Shown here one piece after another: positions 1-6,731 of a stretch of DNA of 32,309 nt. The notes beneath the pieces are model-generated. The model saw only the letters and a program-made list of their open reading frames with translations. It was not told the origin of the DNA and did not search any database. The stretch is from IMG/VR virus record IMGVR_UViG_3300031925_000025, positions 1-32,309 of that record. The stretch is one strand, 5' to 3'. The position numbers and the translations under genes are program-made. Each line of letters opens with the position of its first letter. Within the stretch, counting starts at the first letter, position 1. The stretch is from a virus (Duplodnaviria > Caudoviricetes).

Positions 1-4
1 AATA

Positions 5-34
5 ACCGCGCCTTAACAGGCGTTAAGACGCGGT
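5..34 (-). terminator. Host intrinsic terminator, originally downstream of lpp
   Basis: ACCGCG-C-CTTAAC-AGGC-GTTAAG-A-CGCGGT hairpin; the single mismatch is a G.U pair on the minus strand; lies immediately after the lpp stop in the reconstructed attB; U-tract cut off by the window edge. Confidence 0.75.
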
Positions 35-38
35 ATCA

Positions 39-55
39 AATCTTACTTAGTGTAA
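39..55. repeat. att core, integrase-proximal copy (AATCTTACTTAGTGTAA)
   Basis: Identical to 32255-32271; about 150 bp from the int stop. Confidence 0.95.
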
Positions 56-104
56 TCAGTAGCTATCGCTACAACCCAATAAAATAAAGGGTTTTACTGC
101 TATT

Positions 105-157
105 TCAATACCTTATTGAATACCCATTCAATCAATATCACTCAATACTCATCAATA
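105..157 (+). promoter_or_regulatory. Putative Cox/Apl (excisionase) binding array in the att arm
   Basis: TCAATA at 105, 132, 142, 152 (last three exactly 10 bp apart) and TGAATA at 117; related hexamers at 3013 and 3023 in the cox leader; phage 186 Apl binds helically phased repeats at both attP and the switch. Confidence 0.55.
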
Positions 158-168
158 TAAATAAAATT

Positions 169-211
169 TGCCGCCACTTTGTCGCCATTTTTTGATAAAT
201 AAGTGGCTACA
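169..211. promoter_or_regulatory. Putative integrase arm-type binding sites
   Basis: TGCCGCCACTT-TGTCGCCATTT tandem plus inverted AAGTGGCTACA; the same motif recurs at 32160-32201. Confidence 0.7.
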
Positions 212-1250
212 ACCCTAATCTAGAAATAGGGTTTAGTTCGGCTGCTTGAATCAGGTGATCTGGTGAGAAATGGGAATAACGCATTGTCATTTTGATGTCA
301 CTGTGACCAAGGATTTTTTGCAATACCAGAATGTTGCCGCCTGCTTCCATAAACCGACTGGCAAAGGTGTGGCGAAACACGTGGGTATTTTGCCCATCAG
401 GTAAGTCAGGGAATGTTTGGTTGATGATGTAGGAAATCCCGTGAAGACAGCCTTTAAACAACCGATCCTTTTCTCCTGTTCGTTCGAACTCAATCAACTC
501 GTTATAGAGCTTCTCTGTGATTGGAACTGTGCGGTTCTTTTTGCTCTTGGTATCAATGAACGTGATTTTGTACTTAGTGATCTGAGGAAGTCGCAGGTTA
601 TTTGCCTCTGAGATTCGTGCCCCAGTCGATAAGCAAATCTTACACACAAGTTCGAACTCTTTAGCTCGCTTGCTTTTACTAATTCTCTCGAAAAGCGCTG
701 TTATGTCTTCGTTAGACAAGAAGCCCATTTCCGATTCATTGACGGGAATAGATTTTACGCTGGCAAGTGGGTTTGGTTGCGTCCACTCACCAAGGGAATT
801 CAGCTCATTGAAAACCGCACGTAGATATCTCAAATCAAGATTATTAGTAGGCGCGGAGATTAATTTGCCAGATTTAGTTCCCGAGTGGCGGTGCTTGGCT
901 TTTCGGCTAGAGCGCCAGTGAACAAAGTCTTTGGCCGTGAACTTGATTGCAAACGGGTTGCCGAGTTCTTCAACTATAGTGCAGAGGCGAGGGTAAACTT
1001 TTTTAGCAGATTTTAGGTGTTGGCCGTGAAGCTTGTACCAGAGTTCAACTAAATCTTGAAGTGTGCGTAAGTCCTTTTTGTCACCAAGCCAAGGTTTATC
1101 ATCCACTTCTTTCATCAAAAACTTTTCGTAGGCCAACGCTTCACCTTTAGTGGCGAAGCGTTTTCTCTTTCTGGCACCGCTCCTGCCTTGTGGGTAACAC
1201 TCACAAAGCCATGGTTTTTTGCTGCCGTCTTCTGTTTTACGTACAGACAT
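207..1250 (-). CDS. int: Tyrosine recombinase / phage integrase (HP1/186 type)
   Basis: TGARISE (catalytic R), HVFRHTFAS (HxxR), LGHSDIKMTMRY (H, Y); N-terminal arm-binding WLCECYPQGRSGARKRKRFATKGEA. Confidence 0.97.
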   Translation of the reverse strand: MSVRKTEDGSKKPWLCECYPQGRSGARKRKRFATKGEALAYEKFLMKEVDDKPWLGDKKDLRTLQDLVELWYKLHGQHLKSAKKVYPRLCTIVEELGNPFAIKFTAKDFVHWRSSRKAKHRHSGTKSGKLISAPTNNLDLRYLRAVFNELNSLGEWTQPNPLASVKSIPVNESEMGFLSNEDITALFERISKSKRAKEFELVCKICLSTGARISEANNLRLPQITKYKITFIDTKSKKNRTVPITEKLYNELIEFERTGEKDRLFKGCLHGISYIINQTFPDLPDGQNTHVFRHTFASRFMEAGGNILVLQKILGHSDIKMTMRYSHFSPDHLIQAAELNPISRLGL

Positions 1251-1257
1251 AGTTTTA

Positions 1258-2250
1258 TTAGACGATAGCTTCGCCAGTATCTACATCACATAGAGCAACG
1301 ATACGGTCGACTCTAAACGTTCTTTGACTATTGCGAAGTAAACAATGAGCTTTGATGTAATGCTGATCTTGTTGATTTACGTCGACCTTATTCAATATGA
1401 TATTTCGGTCACTTGCTTTCCCACTTGCATCCGCGTAACTCATGAAATATTCATTACCAAGTGTCAGGTCATTCAAGAATGAGTAATCACTTACTCTTAC
1501 TAAAGAAGCTTTTGGTTTTGCTTTAAGTTTCTTAGCTTGAGCTTGTAAAGCTTTTTCTTTTTCTTGAGATTCTTTATCCGATTCTCTTTTCTCTACGTTG
1601 TCGCAGAAGTCTGATAGGAGAGCGAACAACTCTAGAGCTTCAGCAGAATCAAGAACCTTGTCTTCAAGAACTTCTTCAACAGTTTTGTATAGTTCCTTTG
1701 TTCTGTAGTCGTCTTTCGATTCAGGGTAACGGCGTAACCACGCTCTAAGCTTTTTAGATTCTTCTTGGTCAACTTCATCATCTTCAAGGATTTGAAGTGA
1801 TAGTTTATACAGTGCTTTTTCGCGTCGTGGTGTCAGGGTTTCGACTGTTAACGGTTTTACTTCTTCTTCGCCATCACGAACTTGAGATGGGGAACTTTCA
1901 GGTGTGGCTCTCTCACTTGGGGTTGATGGTGCTGGATTGGATTGTTTGTTTATCTGCGCGCTACCACCTTTCTGCTTGGTTTTTGAAATGACTTTCTTTA
2001 CTAGAATAAAGAGCCCGTTCAGTGCTCCAAACCAAATCAATGATGACAAAGTATAAAATAGGAAAAGTTCACCGCCATTTTCGGTTTGGCTAAAACCTAA
2101 CCACATTAGAGCGGTAAGCATTGCCCATAAAACAGATATAACTTTCACCCACTTAGGATGTTGACCTTTGATTACCCAAAATACGGTGGGTACAGGTATA
2201 GCAACAGTTGCCAGTTTTAATCCAATTTTCATTATTATTTCCCTAGCCAA
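1258..2250 (-). CDS. Accessory membrane protein: N-terminal TM helices, TerB-like helical domain, C-terminal WYL-like domain
   Basis: Hydrophobic segments in the first ~85 aa; repeated LEDDEVDQEE / LEDKVLDSAE acidic motif; C-terminal SYADASG..SDRNI...YIKAHCLLRNSQRTFRVDRI; tightly packed between cI and int. Confidence 0.7.
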   Translation of the reverse strand: MAREIIMKIGLKLATVAIPVPTVFWVIKGQHPKWVKVISVLWAMLTALMWLGFSQTENGGELFLFYTLSSLIWFGALNGLFILVKKVISKTKQKGGSAQINKQSNPAPSTPSERATPESSPSQVRDGEEEVKPLTVETLTPRREKALYKLSLQILEDDEVDQEESKKLRAWLRRYPESKDDYRTKELYKTVEEVLEDKVLDSAEALELFALLSDFCDNVEKRESDKESQEKEKALQAQAKKLKAKPKASLVRVSDYSFLNDLTLGNEYFMSYADASGKASDRNIILNKVDVNQQDQHYIKAHCLLRNSQRTFRVDRIVALCDVDTGEAIV

Positions 2251-2261
2251 TTAACCATTTT

Positions 2262-2861
2262 TTATTCTTTGTTCATGCTCATGGTTACGCGACCTAGCAC
2301 ATTAATGTCTTCTTCTGATGCTTCAATGGTCGAATTGCCAAAGCTGATCGCAAGTTTTTTGCCAGGTAGCCTTTGAACATGATTTATCGAGTGGGCGCCG
2401 TCAATTTCAATCAAATAGCGGCCTGATGTGGCATGTGTTTCTTCACTGTTAATAAAGCAACGTTGACCATCATGTTCGACAATGATTGTTTTGCTGGCTT
2501 TCAGTCCGTAGCCGTCAAGGGTAAGCGAATCAAGAGATAGCGATCCTCTTTCTTCCAATTGCCCGTTTACGATTGAGTTCACCTTGATTGAATCTGCAGG
2601 TACTTGCTCATCATCAAAAGGTTTTCCCTCACCAAGAGCCAAATATCTAACTGATGCGCCGGACTTTAGGTGTTCACGAACTATCAACTCAAAGCCAGTT
2701 CTATTGTGAGTATGCCAAGTAGAAAAGGTTGAATTGGGAACGCCATAGTGATCACTAAGCAACTCGAAAGTTTTACAACCAGTCACTTCTTTTAGCTTTT
2801 CAGTAAATTCACGCCCGCTTAGATATTCATACGGCGGAACTTTTGCAGGAATTCTGCTCAT
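2262..2861 (-). CDS. cI: Immunity repressor CI (186/HP1 type)
   Basis: N-terminal HTH (LSDHYGVPNSTFSTW), C-terminal GRYLIEIDG...VQRLPGKKL...VLGRV; divergent from cox. Confidence 0.92.
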   Translation of the reverse strand: MSRIPAKVPPYEYLSGREFTEKLKEVTGCKTFELLSDHYGVPNSTFSTWHTHNRTGFELIVREHLKSGASVRYLALGEGKPFDDEQVPADSIKVNSIVNGQLEERGSLSLDSLTLDGYGLKASKTIIVEHDGQRCFINSEETHATSGRYLIEIDGAHSINHVQRLPGKKLAISFGNSTIEASEEDINVLGRVTMSMNKE

Positions 2862-3053
2862 TTGAGTATTTCCCTAGATATTCAAATACCAAAATGAGTA
2901 ATTAATTTGACTTGAGAAGCAAAAATTCTGTTTTAAGGAACTAAAAATATTGCCAAAACAGAAAATTCGATCTAATAATTACTCAAACGCGAAATTGATG
3001 CTCCATGTCTCACCAATAAGCATCAATAATTCTTAAACGAGTAGGATACCACT
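2862..3053. promoter_or_regulatory. Lysis/lysogeny switch region between cI and cox
   Basis: AT-rich intergenic region with nested inverted repeats TGAGTAATTA/TAATTACTCA (2895-2904, 2976-2985) and TTCTGTTTT/AAAACAGAA; exact promoters not assigned. Confidence 0.7.
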
Positions 3054-3254
3054 ATGGCAACTATTCAAATAGCAGTTGACGCACCTTTTTGTACTAAAAA
3101 AGAATTTCTTCGTCGTACTGGCTGGTCATCAGCATCTTTTGATCGCGCGCTAGCAAAAGGCGACATTCCAATCCTGCCTAAAGAGGGTTCTAGAAGCTCT
3201 GTTCTTGTGAACATGGTTAAGTTCGCTCAAAAAATGGCGGAGCAACAAGTATGA
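3054..3254 (+). CDS. cox: Cox/Apl-like excisionase-repressor
   Basis: 66 aa, PFCTKKEFLRRTGWS...IPILPK...VLVNM; first early gene divergent from cI; AGGA RBS. Confidence 0.88.
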   Translation: MATIQIAVDAPFCTKKEFLRRTGWSSASFDRALAKGDIPILPKEGSRSSVLVNMVKFAQKMAEQQV

Positions 3255-3397
3255 GCTTCGCTATCCCACCTAAAACCAAACTCACTCTGCAAGATGCTAA
3301 GAGTGAGTCTTGGGAAGATAAATACCCAAACAAATGTCCTCTTTGGCTGAATATTATCGGCTGGTCATTCGTTTTCGTCCCTTTCTTCTTTAATTGA
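3251..3397 (+). CDS. Small 48-aa protein with hydrophobic C-terminus (not in the ORF track)
   Basis: ATGA overlap with the cox stop; MSFAIPPKTKLTLQDAKSESWEDKYPNKCPLWLNIIGWSFVFVPFFFN; fills the gap to cII. Confidence 0.6.
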   Translation: MSFAIPPKTKLTLQDAKSESWEDKYPNKCPLWLNIIGWSFVFVPFFFN

Positions 3398-3406
3398 GTA
3401 TTAGTT

Positions 3407-3946
3407 ATGGCTACAAATAACTCAATGTCCGTTTTTTGCGAGTCCAGACAAAAGTCATTTGACGAGGCTTGTTGCTCATTTGCGAATTCAGAGAACATGG
3501 CACACATCGCCCGTGAAATGGGAATGAGCGAAGACTTGCTTCGCGCCAAGTTGAACCCAGGTCAGCGTCATGTAATCAAGCCCGTGGAAGTTGTTGCGGT
3601 TTCGAAAATAAGCGGCAACTACACGCTCGTTAATAGCCTTTTGCTTGGGCTCGATATGGTGGCAGCACCAGTCAAAAACGCAGAAGAAGCCGAAAGCATT
3701 GTTGAGCGACTTCTAAAACACAGTGCCAATGCTGGCGAACTGTCTACTTGGGCATTGCAACACAGCAATGGCCCACGCCTATCACGCACTCATAAACAAT
3801 CACTTATCCAAAAGGCACAAGCTGGCATCGGCAACCTTGTGCTTCTTATCAACGATATTGAAAACCGCACTTCTGGCGCTTCCCCAATTTTAAGTATGGG
3901 CGTGGACTTCATTGCCAATGGTGCACCGATTCCAGGCTTAGCCTAA
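3407..3946 (+). CDS. cII: CII-like regulator (186/K139 type)
   Basis: FDEACCSFA...IAREMGMSEDLLRAKLNPGQRH motif; position after cox. Confidence 0.9.
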   Translation: MATNNSMSVFCESRQKSFDEACCSFANSENMAHIAREMGMSEDLLRAKLNPGQRHVIKPVEVVAVSKISGNYTLVNSLLLGLDMVAAPVKNAEEAESIVERLLKHSANAGELSTWALQHSNGPRLSRTHKQSLIQKAQAGIGNLVLLINDIENRTSGASPILSMGVDFIANGAPIPGLA

Positions 3947-3952
3947 GGAGTA

Positions 3953-4306
3953 ATGATGAGCCAGTTAGCTAGACAACATGAAACACATTCCCCTGTCCTA
4001 GAAAGCAAAACACCAAGCGCACTAGAAAGCATTGCTGCTTGTAAGTCCCTTTTCGATAAAGGCGTAAAGCGTCAGAAGCTGCGCAAGATGTATGACGAAA
4101 TGAGTGACCGTAACCGTGGTTTGATTCTTATTGCGGGTGGTATGCCTGCAAAAGATTACAGCCGCGAGTTTGATTCGTTTGATGACCTAGAGCTGCAAAA
4201 ACTCCGTTCTGGTATGCAATTTTTGAAAGAGATGGTGTTGAAGTTTGACCGCAAAGTGGGCGATGTCCGCCGTCTGAAACATTCCGATATTTGCAAAGTT
4301 AATTAA
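3953..4306 (+). CDS. Early phage protein, possibly 186 Fil-like
   Basis: AAGGAG RBS; position after cII; RGLILIAGG...FDSFDDLELQKLRSGM resembles P2-family early proteins (by eye). Confidence 0.55.
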   Translation: MMSQLARQHETHSPVLESKTPSALESIAACKSLFDKGVKRQKLRKMYDEMSDRNRGLILIAGGMPAKDYSREFDSFDDLELQKLRSGMQFLKEMVLKFDRKVGDVRRLKHSDICKVN

Positions 4307-4323
4307 TAACCTAGCCAGCCTTT

Positions 4324-4362
4324 GCCCCTGCTGTATTCCACAAGGAATGGGGGCTTTTTTTT
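4324..4362 (+). terminator. Intrinsic terminator of the early operon (tR1-like)
   Basis: GCCCC...ATTCC-ACAA-GGAAT...GGGGC followed by T8. Confidence 0.7.
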
Positions 4363-4386
4363 CGTCTTAGCGTAGGAGCATAGAAG

Positions 4387-4875
4387 ATGAATAACAAAGT
4401 CTTAGAAGAAATCAGAGATTCGTTAAACGAGATTAAAGCACTAGCTACACCAGTAATGGTAGTTACTGCTGATTACACTCCTGAGCAAGAGAGACAGTTA
4501 AGAGAGTCTCTTGGGAAACACAAGTTTGTTGATGTTCGTCCAGTCGAGGTGTCGCAAATTAAATCGTGTTTTAGACCAGAGCACAGAGATATTCACGACA
4601 TCGTTCACGCTATCAATTTGTTGGCGATGGCTAACACTGATGTGATTAATGTATTCGCGGACTTTTCTGGACACATAAACTGTTTCAGAGTTGACGCAGA
4701 TCCAAAGAGCACCGTCTACGAGGAGGGAGTCCCAAGAGTTCGGTTGATGAGGGAGTATGTGTATCTTGATCACGACGGTGCGCTAGAAAAACTCTTATCC
4801 ATCGAAAGCCAGCTAACAGAGCTGATCATTGAAGCCCGTGAAGAAGCCGAAGCAAAAGCAGAGGTGGAAGCATGA
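4387..4875 (+). CDS. Hypothetical phage protein
   Basis: AGGAG RBS, 162-aa ORF, ATGA-coupled to the next gene. Confidence 0.75.
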   Translation: MNNKVLEEIRDSLNEIKALATPVMVVTADYTPEQERQLRESLGKHKFVDVRPVEVSQIKSCFRPEHRDIHDIVHAINLLAMANTDVINVFADFSGHINCFRVDADPKSTVYEEGVPRVRLMREYVYLDHDGALEKLLSIESQLTELIIEAREEAEAKAEVEA

Positions 4876-5324
4876 GCAATATCACCATCCATGAATTAAA
4901 AATTCAATCCGTCCATTTCGATGACTTTCTTGCACACCGCAAAACACATGAAGTTCGAATCAATGATCGTGATTACCAAGCTGGAGACTGCTTAAACCTA
5001 CGCGAAATTGATGCAAACGGGGAATACACCGGACAAGAAGCGAATGCCGAAGTTAGCCACGTTTTACATGGTGGTCAGTTTGGTATCGCAGAGGGTTGTT
5101 GTGTCCTGTCTTTAAAAAGCGGTACCAGTAAATCAGCTCTAAACCTGATCTGCTTTTTGCGTGATCGCCTGCAGGAAACATGCGACTGCATTGATGCAAG
5201 CCACGACATTATCAAGTTTGCTGGATTCACAACCGCAGACGCTGAGAGGACGGCCAATGATGCACGCGCATTTATTGAAATGGCTAACGAGTTTCTAAGC
5301 ACTCTTGGGGAGGGTTCAAAATGA
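4872..5324 (+). CDS. DUF3850 / ASCH (PUA-like) domain protein
   Basis: HELKI...F......KTHEVRINDRDYQAGDCLNLRE...YTG signature. Confidence 0.85.
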   Translation: MSNITIHELKIQSVHFDDFLAHRKTHEVRINDRDYQAGDCLNLREIDANGEYTGQEANAEVSHVLHGGQFGIAEGCCVLSLKSGTSKSALNLICFLRDRLQETCDCIDASHDIIKFAGFTTADAERTANDARAFIEMANEFLSTLGEGSK

Positions 5325-5941
5325 GTTCTACCAACGGAAAAGTAGTACCACGCGAACTTTACCCAACGCCAGATGAATGCGTGATTTCTCTATTAGAGAA
5401 GTTAACGTTTCGTCCGTCTGATAAGTTTCTTGAACCTTGCTATGGCACTGGCGCGATCTTCGAAAAAGTCGTGTTACCAGAGAGCCAAAAGTCATTTGCT
5501 GAAATCGAAAAGGGTATTGATTACCTAACAACAGATTTTGGTACTCAAGACGTAATCATCACCAATCCACCATTTTCACTAACGGAAGAATTCATTCGCA
5601 AAAGTCTAACTGAGTTAGCACCAGACGGAACAATGGCATATCTGCAGCGTGTTAACTATTTGGGCGCAACTAAGCGTTTACCTTTTTGGAAAGAAATCGG
5701 CTTCCCTCAAAAAACTCCGGTTATCGTTCCTCGCCCTAGATTTGTTGGCGGTGGTTCTGACTCATGTGAGTACATGTGGTTTATCTGGGACAAAGGCAAT
5801 CGCTTCGATTTACCGCAAGGGCTAAGCCATATCATTTCTGCAGGTTTAGTGGTTTGTGATGTTTGCTTACATGAAATCAAGAAGAAGGACTTCGTTTGCC
5901 AAGGTTGCGGCACACCAGTAGTTCATGAGGTGGCAGCATGA
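5321..5941 (+). CDS. Orphan amino-(N6-adenine) DNA methyltransferase with C-terminal CxxC-CxxC
   Basis: Motif I FLEPCYGTGAI, motif IV IITNPPF; YPTP at N-terminus; tail CDVC...CQGC. Confidence 0.85.
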   Translation: MSSTNGKVVPRELYPTPDECVISLLEKLTFRPSDKFLEPCYGTGAIFEKVVLPESQKSFAEIEKGIDYLTTDFGTQDVIITNPPFSLTEEFIRKSLTELAPDGTMAYLQRVNYLGATKRLPFWKEIGFPQKTPVIVPRPRFVGGGSDSCEYMWFIWDKGNRFDLPQGLSHIISAGLVVCDVCLHEIKKKDFVCQGCGTPVVHEVAA

Positions 5942-6165
5942 GCAAACTAATTACATCACTCAATCTTGGCGATGACCAAATCCAAATCTTTGAAGGTCGC
6001 ACTTTAACGTTTGAAAAGTGCGCTGTGGTTTCATTTCAAGAGCAAGACGGTTGGGGCGTCACTATGAATATTTCCCCTGACCACGTAGACACATTTCTCA
6101 GCACACCTTCAATGCAAACGAGCTTCCTAGCGTTCGCCAAAGAGAAGTTAGGAGTAGCAGCATGA
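5938..6165 (+). CDS. Hypothetical phage protein
   Basis: GAGG RBS, ATGA-coupled on both sides. Confidence 0.7.
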   Translation: MSKLITSLNLGDDQIQIFEGRTLTFEKCAVVSFQEQDGWGVTMNISPDHVDTFLSTPSMQTSFLAFAKEKLGVAA

Positions 6166-6731
6166 GCACTATCGTAAATAACCCAGTAAAACAAACCAAA
6201 GTGATCATGATGAATGGTCGCTACTTTTCTAACTTCGGCAAAAAGGGGCAGGTGCAAACAGCTTGGTCATTGGCTGGTGCGCAGCGATTTAACATTAGCT
6301 GTGATCTAAACCCAGTGATCGCCAAGCTAGAGGAGAAAGGTAAAACATACACGATTGAACAAGTCGAACTGTTTGAACGAGTGGATTGCTACCCGCCAAG
6401 AGAATTCTTTAAGTTGTGCTATCGCCTAGAACGAATGATGAAGCAAAGCTGCACGTATCACTCGTTCGAAGCTTACAAAGCCTTCAATCATGACGCGAAA
6501 TTCAATCTAGTCGAGCAAGTTATGCTGACGACGACACAATGCAAGATTGCTGAACGAAACAATTCTGAAAAGGTCGTGGGAGATGTCGAGTTCTTCTTTG
6601 AAACTGTATTTGATACAGAGAAAAAAGAATTTGCGCCAATCGCGGAACGTCTAGAATTGTTCAAGCTCTACAAGGCTGGATTGGAATCCGTTTTCTTTGG
6701 TCAATTCGGAATTGAAGAGATTCCGTTTTGA
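6162..6731 (+). CDS. Hypothetical phage protein
   Basis: GGAG RBS, coupled to neighbours; acidic EEIPF C-terminus. Confidence 0.7.
   Translation: MSTIVNNPVKQTKVIMMNGRYFSNFGKKGQVQTAWSLAGAQRFNISCDLNPVIAKLEEKGKTYTIEQVELFERVDCYPPREFFKLCYRLERMMKQSCTYHSFEAYKAFNHDAKFNLVEQVMLTTTQCKIAERNNSEKVVGDVEFFFETVFDTEKKEFAPIAERLELFKLYKAGLESVFFGQFGIEEIPF

Noticed and set aside
39-55. att core as a tRNA or tmRNA 3' end
   Set aside because: No T-arm/CCA pattern; the flank translates as an Lpp-like C-terminus
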